A stretch of DNA of 64,000 nt from the human T2T-CHM13v2.0 reference genome, Homo sapiens. This document shows positions 32,918 through 47,650 of the stretch, piece by piece. The stretch is from assembly GCF_009914755.1 (NCBI RefSeq), contig NC_060933.1. One strand, 5' to 3'. Both the position numbers and the translations under genes were made by a program. Each line of letters opens with the position of its first letter. Position 1 is the first letter of the stretch. Under the pieces are notes generated by a model. It was not told the DNA's origin. It worked only from the letters and a program-made list of their open reading frames with translations, and did no database searches.

Positions 32918-34615
32918 CGTTTGCAGATGACGATTCTATATCTAGAAAACCCGCACATGCTCATAGATAGGATGAATCAATATCATAAAAATGGCCATAT
33001 TGCCTAAAGCAATTTATGGATTCAGTTATATAGCTATTTAAACTAATATTGAGATTCTTCACAGAACTAGAAAAAACTATTTTAAAATTCATGTGGAACC
33101 AAAAAAGAGCCTGAGTAGCCAACGCAATTCTAACCAAAAAGAACAAACCTGGAGGCATCATGCTACCTGACATCAAACTTTATTACAGGACTGCAGTAAT
33201 CAAAACAGCATGGCACTTGTAGAAAAACAGACACATAGATCAATGGAACAGAATAGAAAATCCAGAAATAAGACTGCACACCTGCCTACAACTATCTGAT
33301 CTTTGGTAAGCCTAACAAACCTAACAAAAATAAGCAATAGGGAAAGGATTCCCTGTTGAATAAGTGGTGCTGGGATGACTGGCTAGTAACATGCTGAAGA
33401 CTGAAACTGGACCCCTTCCTTATGCCATATATGGATTAAAGACTTAAATGTAAATCCCCAAACTGGAAGACAACCTAGGAAATGCCATTCAGAACGTAGG
33501 CACGGGCAAAGATTTTATGACGAAGACACCAAAAGCAATTGCAACAAAAGCAAATATTGACAAATGGAATCTAATTAAATTAAAGAACTTCTGCTCAGCA
33601 AAATAAACTATAAACAGAGTGAACAGGCCATACGGAATGGGAAAAAATTCTTGCAAACTATGCAGCCAATAAAGTCTAATATCCAGAATCTATAAGGAAC
33701 TTAAACAAATTTACAAGAAAAAAATGAACAACCCCATCAAAGTGTGGGCAAAAGACATGAATAGACACTTTCCAAAAGTGTACATACATGTGGCCAACAA
33801 GCCTATAAAAAAATCAACATCGCTAATAATTAAAGAGATGCAAATCAAAACCACAATGAGATACCATCTCACAGTATGAGATACCATCTCACACCAGTCA
33901 GAATGGTAATTCTCAAAAAGTCAAAAAGTAACAAATGCTGGCAAGGTTGTGGAGAAGAAGGAACGCTTACACACTGTTAGTGGGAGCACAAATTAGTTTA
34001 GCCATTGTAGAACACAGCGTGATGATTTCTTGCAGACCTAAAGGTAGAAATACCATTCGACCCAGCAATGTCATTACTGGGTATATACCCAAAGAAACAT
34101 AAATTATGCTATTATAAAGACAACATGTATGCATATGTTCATTGAAGCACTATTTGCAATAGCAAAGACATGGAATCATCCTAAATGTCCATCAATGATA
34201 GACTGGATAAAGAAGATATGGTATATATACACCATAGAATACTATGCAGCCATTAAAAAGAACAATAGTATGTCTTGTCTTTTGTGGGAATATGGATGGA
34301 GTTGGTGGCCATTATCTGTATCAAGCTAACACAGGAACAGAAAACCAAATACCACATGTTCTCACTGATAAATGAGAGCAAAATGATCAGAATACATGGA
34401 CACATAGAAGGGAACAACACACACTGGGACGCCTATTGGAGGGCAAAGGGTGTGAGGAGGGAGAAGATCAGGAAAAATAGCTAATGGGTACTAGGCTTAA
34501 TATCAGGGTGATTAAATAATCTGTAAAAAAAAAAAACAAAACCATGACACATGTTTACCTATGTAGCAAACCTGCACGTGTATCCCTGAACTTAAAAGTT
34601 ATAAAAAAGTATAAC
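32918..34615 (+). mobile_element. Older L1PA (L1PA13-16-like) ORF2 3' half and 3'UTR
   Basis: ORF2 C-terminal peptides (34129..34329, 34275..34484) and 3'UTR 'tgggtactaggcttaata...aaacctgcacgtgtatccctgaacttaaaagtt'. Confidence 0.92.
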
Positions 34616-34740
34616 AATAATTTACTTTTGAAGAGAATGGACTGATAGTACTTTATCATTAAAGACTACATTTAATGATAAAGTCATTGGTTGCCAAAAT
34701 TGGCGAAGTTATATAGGTGGTAGCTCTAAAACTTGGTGGA

Positions 34741-35046
34741 GGCTGGGCACGGTGACTCACAGTTGTAATCCCAGCATTTTGGAAGGTTGAGGTGGGAGGA
34801 TCACTTGAGGCCAGATGTTTGAGAGTAGCCTGAGCAACATCATGAGATCCTGTCTCTAAAAATCATAAAAAAATATTAGCTGAGTGTCGTGACAGACACC
34901 AGTAGTCCCAGCTACTTGGAAGGCTGAAGTGGGAGGATCACTTGAGCCCACAAGTTTGAGTCTGCAGTTAGCTCTGAACATGCCATTCATTGCACTCCAG
35001 CCTGGGTGATAGAGACCATGTCTGTAAATAAATCAAAAAAATAAAA
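34741..35046 (+). mobile_element. AluJ SINE
   Basis: 'gggaggatcacttgag' in both arms; TSD taaaacttggtgg at 34727 and 35047. Confidence 0.95.
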
Positions 35047-36171
35047 TAAAACTTGGTGGGTATATTAGGGTAGCTGCAAAAATAGATCTCAGCTCAATGT
35101 TTTAAAATGTATTACACATTATATGGCACTTGGGAAAGAAGGGACTGCAGATGGTAGATGTGCCTCCACTTCAGGAAATATATCTCAATATAAATTGCAG
35201 GCTATCTGTGGAGGAAGGAAGATTCCAGGGTTGGGAGAACTAGGGGCCAAATGGAAACCAGATCATTTCTTTCCATAGGAGAATGAGACGTGCAGTCATT
35301 TTCCTGGGGTGAGAAAGAAGATACTTAATAGTATCTCAGGGCTAGAGGGTAATTGGGTGGCCTCATTGCTGTAGAATGACACAATCACCCTTTTAGAGAA
35401 GTCACAGGAACATTTAGATTGGTTAGAGGTAACTCTCTTGTCTAAGTCTTTCAGTGACCAGGGCCACAAAAATAAAACAAAAACAAAATAAAACAACAAA
35501 GCAAACCAAACCACGCCAGCAACAATGCCTAGGAATGAAAGAGGATGTGCAGTTTGATTTTGGGTCATTTCCAAGAATAGTCCAAAAAATGAAGAAAAAA
35601 AGGAAGACTGAGGGAAAGAAAAAAGAAGGAAGGAGGGAGAGAAAGAAAGAAGGACATTTATAATATTAAATATCTCTGCAATGACAGGTCAAGGAAATAT
35701 GTGAGCTACATTTCCTTATTTCACTGAAATAAGAATATGAGGAGCAAGAGGAGGCATCACATGGTTTTACTAATAAAAATACAGTGGTGGAAAATATAGA
35801 GAAAAATGATACTAATGATAATAAGAAGTAATAAGTAATTATTCTGGCCATTTGATGTGGCTTTCCCTAATTTTTTGCATCCAGTCTTTAAAAAAGCTGT
35901 AAGACAGAGATACATATTATATCCATTTTAAAGCTGAACTTTCAATCACAATACAATAAAACACATTATTATCAGGATCTGTTCTGTCCCCGCACTCTAA
36001 CCTTTTTTTTAGGAGGTTGTAGCAAGGGAAACATAAGATATGATATATGTAATAGATATGACTGTGGTACAGCTAAATCATCATTTTAATATTTTAAAAT
36101 AAAGAGACTGCTATCTAAATACATCTGATATAATTTTCTGTAGTGTATATTGAATAACTTTTGTTAAAGTA

Positions 36172-36651
36172 CATCTAACCCTTGAACAACACAGGTTTGA
36201 ACTGTGCAGGTCTACTTATATGTGGATTTTTTTCAACAGTCAGTGTGCCTGCCTCTTCCGTCTCCCCTTCTACCTCCTCCATGTCTGCCACCCTTGAGAC
36301 AGCAAGACCAATCCCCTGTCTTGCTCCCCTCTCTTCAGCATACTGAACGTGAAGACTACAAGAAGAAAGATCTTTATGATTTTCCACTTCAACTTAATGA
36401 CTAGTAAATCTATTTCCTTTTCCTTATAATTTTCTTAATTACATTTTTTTATCTAGCTTACTTCATTTTAAGAATACAGTGTATAATATATATAACATAC
36501 AATATGCGTTAATAACTGTTTATATTACTAGTAAGGCTGGTCAACAGTAGGTTAGTAGTAGTTAAGTTTGGGAGTCAAAAGTTATATATGGATGTTCTAC
36601 CGTGCAGGGAGTTCATTGCTCCTCATCCCTGTGTTGTTCAGGGGCCAACTG
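36172..36651 (+). mobile_element. Tigger2a-like (TcMar-Tigger) non-autonomous DNA transposon
   Basis: Terminal inverted repeats 'catctaacccttgaacaacacagg' and 'cctgtgttgttcaggggccaactg', with TA on the left flank. Confidence 0.85.
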
Positions 36652-38754
36652 TGTATAATTACATCGTAATTTTGTAATCAGAGACACAGATACTTCAACT
36701 ATTTTATCATTTTCTAAATGCATAAAATCCTGTGTATTTTCTAGGTGTCACAGTCAGAATCCCAATAATTTCCTTATGCCCATAGCACAGCTCTCTGGTA
36801 TGCTAATGTAAGTAAATATGTGGTGTGTGTGTGGCGGGGGGCGGTGTAGGGAGGTGGCGTAAAGACTTTTCAATCATTTTGATCTTTTGAAAGAATCTCT
36901 ACCTTTTTACTAGAATCAGTGAAATCTAATTGGAAGCATTTTCAAAATTTTTAAGTGAAACAATTCAAATTATTGTCCTCCACATTAAATTATTAGTAGT
37001 CATTTCTCATAAATGTATGAATAAGTTTTGCTATAAACCCCCATTCTCTTTATCCAACAGCATGTCTGCCTCACTCAGTAGAATAGAGATTAATTTATTA
37101 GTAAATGTTCTTGAATGGGGAGTAGTGTCTCCATAAAAATGTTAGTGAATTGAATTTATGTGACATTGCTGTTTACTAGTTTTCAACTGCTGGAATGTTC
37201 ATTTTGATGTTGTTTATTTTTAAGAAAATCCAGTGATGCAGACAATAATCATGCAGCTTGTTATTTCACTATGGAATCCCTTAAAAGATAATCTCCCTGC
37301 AGAAAATCAATGTAAGTTGTTACATAAAGTTTTTAAGAAGTTCTAACTCGGTGGCATAAAGAAAACATTTAACTTTATTTTCACTTCCTTAACTCCAAGG
37401 GAATCTTAACTTACCTTTGCTAAGAGGCCAAGTTCTTGTTCAAAACATTTTAACTTTAAGAAGAGATACTAATCAATTTTTAGCACCTTCCCCAGAAAGG
37501 AAGAGTAAAAAAATCCATACACAAATTATTTTCACATTAGGAGAAGTTCTTCCTGTTGCTAGCATATTGAACAGTAGTTGATAATGTTTAGTCAAAATGA
37601 ATTAACCCTAGCAATTTTTCAAGGAATTTTAAAAAATTAGATGTTCCCTCAAAGATGAGATTCACAATCTGAGGTACTTCCAACTCTATCTGTGGAAAGA
37701 AGGACAGAAGAGAAGCATGGTACAAGAATTATATGGAGAGTAAGAAACTCAGGCAGGAAATAACAATACATCTTGGGAATCTCTGGAGGATTGAAGGGAT
37801 TTTTAAAATGTTGATAAATACATTAAGCAACTCTAGTGATTTCTCATTCTCCCTTTTTTAGACATTTACAGTCCTGTGCTTTAAAACAATCTACTGAAAA
37901 CATTTTGAAACATTCAATATCAATTTTATATCATCTTTTCTTTCGATAAGCCGACTAGATAAATTATTTATTCATGATGACCCACTTTTCACCTTCTATA
38001 ATCTGAAGGACATGCTTGTCAGTGTTTGAGAAAATAAATTTTTAAAATCTTGAGGAGAGAGCTCATTGTTAAATGTAGCACACACTTTAGCACCTATCTG
38101 TAATCTTGAAACAAAATGAAAATTTCTTGCAACAGAAAAACTTACATCTAACAAAAAGATATGAACATGTAACTGGCTTCAAGTACTGGAGTTTCAAGAT
38201 GAATAAGAACTCTGATTGTTCTTGAGCGGCCTGGAGGTGTATAATAATATTGTAATAACAAGGATATTAATGATAAAAAAGAAGGAGATATGGAAGTTGT
38301 TAAAAGACTGCTTAAGGTAGCATGTATTACTTACCATAAATGAAGATGCAAAAAATAAAACAGAAAACTCTAGGCCAGTGGACTTATCACAGAAAACAAG
38401 TAGAGAAGACATACTTTCTAATGCTTATGGTAGGAATATGTTAGAATGGGGAGATATTTCACAAAAGGTGATAAAAACATCTGTTTTATATTTGCTAGAT
38501 CTCCCAGAAATAAGAGATCAGGGTGATAGTATTAAAACTGAGGATAAATTAATAATATTCATGAATCAAACATTTTCTATAACTAGAGACCATGAAGTCT
38601 TGTAACCTTAAAATTAATTTAAAAATACAGCTTTATGACAAAAAATTATCAGGGCATCATTTAACACTTAAAGTGGGGACTGTGCATTTAAATTTTTTCT
38701 CTTCTGTAATATACTGAAATGATGTTAATTATGTATAAATTATATATGTTTATG

Positions 38755-38756
<2 letters not shown>

Positions 38757-38802
<46 letters not shown>
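38757..38802. repeat. (CA)n microsatellite
   Basis: Directly visible. Confidence 0.95.
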
Positions 38803-38807
<5 letters not shown>

Positions 38808-39366
38808 GTAGATAGATAACTTATTACCAAAAGGAAGTGGGGTTCTTGGGCACCATCAGATATATTTCTTAAGAACATGGTAGGGGAAATAGAAAAGAAA
38901 AGGGGATAATCCAAAATAGAGAATACTGAAGCTAAAATATGCACCAAAGAAAAAGGCAACCTCAAAAGAAAGTATTTTCTTATTGACAAATGCCTGAAAA
39001 TGACAAGAGCTTAAATCGGATACTATAGACAGCAGAAGTAGGTTGTGGTTTAATAACAAGTTTAAATCGTTTGTAATATATATATGCATAAGTGGATGTG
39101 AGGTCCAGGTTAGTTCTTTCACTTCTGTGCACATAGAGAAATTATAATAGAAAACCCTACTCAAAACTGATATCTGGTCTCTAAGATATTGAATATTTTT
39201 CCAAGGAAATACAAAAGATTCCTTGGAAATTAAAAATCACATTTTCCAATAGTTGAATCAAAATATTGCCTGGGATGTAAATTTAAAATAAATTTCTAAA
39301 GTGTAGAGAAAAGAAAAAAGATGCAGAGATGGGAATAATCAGAGAAGAGTTAAGTGGCATTGATAA

Positions 39367-39684
<318 letters not shown>

Positions 39685-41256
39685 CAGATTCTGTATTCTG
39701 TCTGTCATTTCAGTCATTTCATTCTGGTTAAGAATCATGTATGGGGAGCTAGTACAGTCATTTGGAGGTAAGAAAACACTTTATCCTTTAGAGTTGTCAG
39801 AGTTCTTGTGCTTGTTCTTTCTCATCGGTGTTGGCTGATGCTTCTTTAACTGTGGTGTAATTTTAGTATAGTTAGTTGTTGGTGTTTCTGGATGTTTTCA
39901 GAGAGCCAAGGCTTTGTGCAGGGTCTTTATTTGTGACTGAATTCTTGTCCTTGGTTTCACAGGGGGGCATATTAGCAAAGTATTGTTGGTATTGGAGTGA
40001 AGATAGCCTAGCCAATTCTCTGTAGGGCAGCTGTGATGTGCCAGAGGTGTAAGTAAAGCACTCAGGTCTTTGTTCTATCCCCAGCCTGGTGGCTGTGACA
40101 GATGGACTGTCAGTTGCCTCTGGGAACACTACCCAGAGAGACTCAGAGCTGCTGCTAATAGAAATGTTTAGCTGGGGGTTGGGAGTGGCTGCACTGTGGG
40201 TCTAAGCTTGGGCCCTACCTGGTGAAGAATGAGATCAGGGATCACAGGGAAGAGAGACTGGGCTCCTCTTTATAAGGCAGTTGTGGTGTCTGGAGGGTAC
40301 TGCCACAGTGGCAATGGCAGAGAGCCTGTGGGCCATCTCTGGGATTCCCTCCCCAGACAAACACAGAGCCACATCAACTGAAGTGATCAGCTAGGGGTAG
40401 GGCAGCTGTCCTCAGGGCCCAGGTCAGGAGCCCCTGCCCAAGGAGGAGTAGCAGGGGAGGGACCCATGTGGAAAGCAGTCTGGCCACTTTTTTCTGTGTG
40501 GCAGCTGTGGTGTGCTGGAGGCGCATGTTAGTTGTTGGGCTCTTTGCTCCTTCCCCAGCTTGAAGATAATAGAGGCAGGAGCTGTGGCAGTGGCAAAAGC
40601 TGCAGGCCTATTGTTTACTTCTGGGAGTTCTATCCAAGAGAACTGCAGAGCTGTGAGCAGCCCGAATGCTCAGATGGGGATGGAGTGGCTGTGCTGGGGT
40701 CCCATGCCAGTGGGCTTTACCTGGTGATCTGTAATGGAAGCAAGGCCTGCAGTTCACCCACTCAGTACCATGGGTGTGGCCTCTATCCTGGGAGCACGGG
40801 AGAGAGCCTGTCCTCCCTTTTGGTGAAGCTATGCAGCTGGTGCCTGGGTGCTCCAGGGTCCAAGGCTCCATGTGGTCCTGAACAGCAGCTCTGCCCAGAC
40901 TATACACAGCTCTCTATCATGTCAGTCTACAGGCCCTGGGGTGGGGTTGGGGGTGTTAAGGAGAATCTCCTGTGCCCAGGATTGCAAAGGTCTGTGTCAG
41001 AAATGTGGGTTCCTGGTGCTGTAGCCCACTCACCCTTTCCATGACGTGGGGCACTTCCCTTGGCTCTGCACCAATCCACAGTGGGCGGCTGTCCTGCCTC
41101 ATCCCTCTCTCTTCTCCATGGGTCACGTTGCTTCTGTGATGAATCCCGACGTGCCCTCGTGGATGATATAGTTAAAAAGCTGGTGTTTACTCGCAGCTCT
41201 GTCTCCTCTCCATGAGAGCAGGACACACTAGTTGCTTATAGTCAGCCATCTTGGAA
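39685..41256 (-). mobile_element. Older L1PA (L1PA13-16-like) 5'UTR and ORF1 start
   Basis: GC-rich; terminal 'gtcagccatcttgg' (reverse complement CCAAGATGGCTGAC); 'gtcatttggaggtaagaaaacact...gagttgtcagagttcttgtgc'. Confidence 0.85.
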
Positions 41257-42256
41257 CAAGATTAGTGCCTCCTAAGAGTGAAGAAGAATGGAAAATGTCC
41301 CCATCTAGAAGCATTCTTGTGGAATTTCCTTACAATAAAAGTGGAGCTACAATCCTAAATGTTTTCAGAAGGAAAGACCCATGTCCCTAAAGAGAAACAT
41401 AAATTCAACATGTATCAGATTTCATCATTTCATCGGTAGAAATAAATGCTAGGGAAAGCATAGAACAGCCAGATTCTGAAAAAAAAATTTTCAGGTTGTG
41501 TGTCCCAAAACAAGCTATTTACCCTCTCTGTGTTTTAGGAGAGCTGTATCTATTTGCCCTTTGATTTTAGAGTGACAAAATTTTCCCTTACAGTAACAAT
41601 GATTTAGTGGCAAGGATTTTATTTTCTACCCTAAGATCTATTCATACTATGATATTTTATTTTGAGATTAATAACATAATCTCTATATCACATTTTAGTT
41701 AGATTTTATAGTGTTTTAAAAGCATTTGAACAAAAATTGAATGTAACTCAAGAGAAAACAATTTCTAAAAAGAAGCAGAACCAATTATTCAGGAATGAAA
41801 AAAAAATTAAAGGTGACTAGGTCAACAACCAGCAAAATATAATGTAAAGGAATCTGAAAATTCCCCTTATTATGAGATAGTTTTCTAAAAAGTTACATTA
41901 AGTGTTATTTACAATTCTGTGTAATATTGAAGACTTAGTAAGAGCTCCTTAGAAAGGATTGAGCAGGAGACAAAGTGGGTTAGAGAGGGAATAGAGAAAG
42001 AAATTTTGGTGTTATGTAAAACTGTACATTTAAGCCAACATGTTTGAAAATTTCTCAGATACAGCAAGTCTGCCAAGCACATAGAATAAAAAAAAATGAT
42101 CTATATGCTTCATTCGTTACATCTTGCTTTATTTGATACATCTTGCTTCTTAAAGAAATCACTGTCTGGTAAAAATGGAATGAAAAATTACTCTCCTCCT
42201 ACCCTGGGTAAATTGGTCAGTAGTGGAAGTGGTCTAGTCTATTCAAATAATTTTCT

Positions 42257-42570
42257 GGCCAGGCGTGGTGGCTCACACCTATAATTCTATCACTTTGGGA
42301 GGCCAAGGCAGGTGGATGGCTTAAACCCAGGAGTTCAAGACTAGCCTGGGCAACCTGGAGAAACCCTGTCTCTATAAAAAATACAAAAATTAGCTAGGCA
42401 TGGTGATGTGCACCTGTAGTCTACTTGAGAGGCTGAGGTGGGAGGATTTCTTGGGATCTCTTGAGTCCCGGAGGCGGAAGTTGCAGTGAGAGGAGAATAT
42501 GCCACTGTTCTTTAGCTTGGTTAACAGAGACGCTTTATCAATAATAATAATAATAATAATGTAATAAAAT
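42257..42570 (+). mobile_element. AluJ (Jb-like) SINE with (ATA)n tail
   Basis: Full dimer; TSD aaat(a/g)attttc at 42245 and 42571. Confidence 0.93.
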
Positions 42571-43095
42571 AAATGATTTTCCTGATTTTATAACAGCTCA
42601 TGGAAGTTTTGCATGAAAAAAGTTGAGAGTTTAACAGGCAGTCAACAATTATATTAACATAATAACAATCTTATGAGCAAAATTTATTTATTTTATGCTT
42701 TCAGAGTCACTTTAAGCACCAACAACAAATGGCTCATTTGCTCTTATAAAGCTTAATTGTTCCATACCTTGACATTATAAATATGATATAACAAGTAAAC
42801 GTTAAATGGTGAGATAAAGAAGGTAGGGTCTGGTACAGAAGCATGCATTTACTAGTCTTGCATAAAGAAAAAGGTGTGACCTATGTCTGATACCTAAAGA
42901 AATATAAATTTAAATAAATTTATAGAATTACAATTAACCAATAGAATAACTAAAAATACATATCTAATTTTAAAAAATTGAAAGAATCATAAAGGAGGAA
43001 ATTTTGGATGCTATGTGAGAGTTAAGGATTATATATGTAGGCTTGGAGATAGAAAATATTCTTTGAAAAAAGTGGTGAATAAGAAGTGACAAACA

Positions 43096-43353
43096 GGATG
43101 TGTGTGGTGGCTCATGCTTGTAATTCCAGCACTTTGGGAGGCTGAGATGGGTGGATTGCCTGAAATCAGGAGTTCGAGAGCAGCCTGACCAGCATGGTGA
43201 AACCATGTCCTACTAAAAATACAAAAATTAGCTGGGTGTGGTTGCATGTGCCTGCAATCGTAGCTACTCAGGAGGCTGAGGCATAAGAATCACTTCAACC
43301 CAGGAGGCGGAGGTTGCAGTGAGCCTAGATTGCACCATTGCACTCCAGCCTGG
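43096..43353 (+). mobile_element. AluS SINE, 3' end and tail missing
   Basis: Alu sequence ends at 'cactccagcctgg'; no poly-A and no second TSD. Confidence 0.93.
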
Positions 43354-44715
43354 TGTTTGGATCAAACTCCCTTTTACTTTGAGTACATAAGAAAAGGAAC
43401 ATGGGAAAGAACATAAGAAAAAGAACATCATCTATATCCCTAAACATACGCAGTAGAAAAAGTTTATGTTTAGGGATATAGATCATATAGTGACAGCATT
43501 AAATGCTGGATCTGTAGGCTCCGAACTTTTCATGTTTTCTTTACTGAACATGATTTTGTGAATGTTTGCAATTTGCATGTTCTCTAAATTGCTGGGTCCC
43601 CACCCATTGTTCCTCTTGCTCAGGTGAAAGGGCTATGCTTTATTTGGAATACAATATTGAGGGAAAAAGAAAGAGTGACTCTTACTGATCTTTGTCTACA
43701 TTTTTACACTCACACTTGCATTTTTATACTATGTGCATTCAGTACTAATTTAAAATAAGCAGAAGAAAAAGAAAGAATGATGAGAAAAACTTTACACCAC
43801 TTTCCAACATGCTATAATAATTAATGGTGGCAATGTTATCCAAAGCAGTAATTTACCAGAAGAAATGTTATTTTTGTATTTGTGTTTCTTTTTTAAGTTT
43901 ATGCTCTCTTTTAATAATTAACTGACAATTTTTATGAACAAAATAACAATTCACTGATACCAAGGGGAATCGATTAATTATTTTGAAGGAATAATTCTTA
44001 TTCCACTCTCATAGCAAGAGGTAAGAATATATGTGGCAAATTTCATTTTTCTCTTTGTGTTTGGAAGTAAAAAATTCCTACGCTCATGTAAAACAAATAT
44101 ACTGGTATAGAAATAAGGAAATTAAGTGGAAGTTCACTACTTCTCTGATAAAAGCATGATAATATCAAAACGAGGGTTTCTTTTTAATATTTAATGTTTA
44201 TGATTATTTTTTAACCATTGTTTCTAAAGAAGACAGGTTGTAATAAACATGTAGTGCCTATTAATTATGAATATTGCTATTGATAAATTCTCCTGGCTAA
44301 ATTGACCACATTTCATTTTCTGCTATAGTTTTTTTTTCCACTATGTTGAACTCATATTGATCTTATTTATCATGAATGATGTAGTTCATTTTTGGGAATA
44401 AAATGTATTTCTACAATGGACACACATATGAGTATGTACACACACCCTACCACAAAATGTTAGAATGAGAAGAGACGTAATATAATCTCTATTCTTTTCT
44501 GCTCCTTTAAAAACTAAGGCTCAAATAATATAAATTCCTAGAGGGAGGGCCCAGATTTCTGACTACTCTGTCTAATGTTCTCTCTACATTATTACAAAGT
44601 ATATTTTATTCATACTATGTCTTCATATGTATCCACAATGGTGCTGTTATTTCTATGTGCATTTTTTTATACTTGAGTGCAAAAACACTTTTCTTATTGG
44701 CATACTTATACATAG

Positions 44716-45029
<314 letters not shown>

Positions 45030-46955
45030 TATAATCCTTTTATATAATCCTACTATGGAAGAAAATTAAACTATTTTTCACTTTATGTTTCTCAGAAACC
45101 TTGTGTTTGTTTATTCTGACAATGAATAATCTTAAAATGTTACATTCAGTAAATAGCAAAAATTAATTTTAATAATATAGTATTTGTATTTATTTTTCTT
45201 AAATAAAAGTATATAATAAGTTAGTTTGTTAAAAATATACAATAATTCATATACTGGGGAAAATTGAAGCAAACTTATTAACCAAGAAATCTAAGTCAAT
45301 TTTAGCTAGTATAAAACATGAAATTATACTTAGAATTGGGTTCATTGAACACAATGTTACTTCAGAAGAGGTTGTTTTCAGTGAATAGATGATTATTATA
45401 GAGTTCTGATATTGTTACTCTCAGATCATGAAGAATGTGTGAAAAAGAAGATATTTGTGGTGGAATCTCAGAATACAGATAAAATACATTTAAAAGTATT
45501 TGGTATTCCATCTTTTAATATTTTAAACATTTCACTATTACTATATGATGCTTTACATCATATAATAATAATTTAGAATGAAATTTGGAATAATTTGTCA
45601 TAAAAATGACCAGAATTCAATGATCATATTTGAGTATTACAAAGTAAATAATGCTTTTTTTCACAAGCTCTTGAGTTAGGCTGTATTTTCAGAAGACCAT
45701 GGTTGAAAGAAAGAGCAGTACCTTGGGAATTTGGAGACCTAGTGTCCTCCTGGTTTTCTTGTTATCTACTTCTATGATCTTAAACAAGTCATTGTGTCCA
45801 AGACAGCCAGTAGGTACATGCTTGTACACAGGAGACACATGTATTTGTTGGAAATATATTAGAATTGCCAAAAATGGATCAAATCACCTACATAACTTCC
45901 ATGACAAAAGTCATTATTTTGTTTGTTCTGCATCAGGAAAAAATAGCATATTTGTCATCAGGAAAAATAAATAATCACAAAATGCCAGTATAATTAGTAG
46001 TCTTCCCAACCAGTCCACAGATTTTTCTTCCCCTCTCCCTGCCTCCATGCCCTCAATCACATGAAGCCTTTAGACTTAAGGCCACATCTAGGTATGTATT
46101 TCTAAAACATTGTAGCGCATTTAAAGATCTTCCAAGTCTCAAGAGACAGGCTATCATAATTTGTCTTTCAAATCTATTATACAAGTGTATATTTTACTGA
46201 TTTTTCTTTACAAAAAGGTTAGAAACATATTCTTCCATGTAGTTTCTTGAATCTTTCTCTGATATACTCTCACTGGTTATGGTTTCCTTTAAAATCTTTA
46301 TCAAAAGCATGGAAATGTCCTTTACAAAGAGATTGGATATAAATTTAGTAAATTAAGTATTGAAAGGCTGCAGCCCTCAGAGGATTTTAAAATAATCAGA
46401 TATGTCACAAAAGTGAGAAATTAATGAATGAATGGTTAGAATAGATTTGACTGAAGCAATAACAGGTATATAAGTTCTGCAGGTCTTTCATTAGGCCTAG
46501 AATTCAGTATATTTCACACTAGAGACTCTCTGCTATAAATGTGTTTCAATGACATTAGTTTATGAGTGCAAAAAAAAATGACTTGAATCACAAATGTTCA
46601 AAAAAGGGGATTTTTTTTGCCCATTAAAGACATTCAAATTGACAAGGAGTTATTCACATCTTTATTGGTTTGATGGCAATAAAACAGTGATGTTTATTAC
46701 TCTTTAAGCCCAGTATGTCAGCATTATTTTCACTTGTCCTTTCACACTGAGATTATTGCCTTAAGAGGTGCATTAATTCTGTCAGGCTACTTCCACAGAA
46801 GTCAGCACAATATGCAATTATCTGCAAAAGGAAGAATGCTTCTTAGGGCCCTTCTATAAAAAAGCAACTTAAATGCTTAAAGAACATTTACATTACCACA
46901 TCAGAAAGAATATTGCTTATCATGAATTTAGATATTCTGGGATATATGTCATTCC

Positions 46956-47199
46956 TTTTTTTTAGGTGGAGTCTCAGTGCAACCTCCACCTCCCAGGTTC
47001 AAGTGATTCTCATACCTCAGCCTCAGAAGTAGGTGGGATTACAGGTGCCCACCACCATGCCTGGCTAATTTTGGTATTTTTATAGAGACAGGGTTCAGCA
47101 TATTGGCCAAGTTAGTCTCGAACTTCTGACCTGAAGTGATCCGCCCACATCGGCCTCCCAAAGTTCTGGAATTACAGGCATGAGCCACTGCACCCAAAC
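46956..47199 (-). mobile_element. AluS with about 40-bp internal deletion in the right arm
   Basis: 'ggagtctc|agtgcaacctcc' skips 'gctctgt...ggctc'; TSD tata(t/a)gtcattc at 46943 and 47200. Confidence 0.93.
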
Positions 47200-47650
47200 T
47201 ATAAGTCATTCTTGACTGTTTTTTTAATAAAGTCTAAAATTTAGATATTGTACTCTTGTGAGTTTTATATTGGTGATTTTGAGACATCTGTTGATTTTTT
47301 GGTCTACATTAGTTTAATATATATTGCATTTTTTCCCAAATGACAATCATGCCAACCTGCCAACTACAGATAGCATCTCAGTTTCAGCCTCTTCTTCAGG
47401 TAAAATACTTCCTTTTCCTTTGAGTTGCACTCCCAACTCTGAAAGATGTCAAAATGAATATTGATTGTGTCGTATAAAATGTATTTTAAATATGCCCATT
47501 CTTAAGAATTCACTACGAAATGGTGGGAATTTCTTCAGCTTTTTTTGCATGCCACGATAAATATTGGATATTGTAAAGAATCTGCTGCACAACTTCCTTA
47601 AGTTATGCACATTATATTCATTTACCCATTTAAACCTTAACTGTAAACTC

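Noticed and set aside
40532-41044. 170-aa ORF and overlapping 99-aa ORFs
   Set aside because: They lie in a GC-rich L1 5'UTR where stop codons are rare. There is no recognisable domain and no resemblance to ORF0 that I can support.
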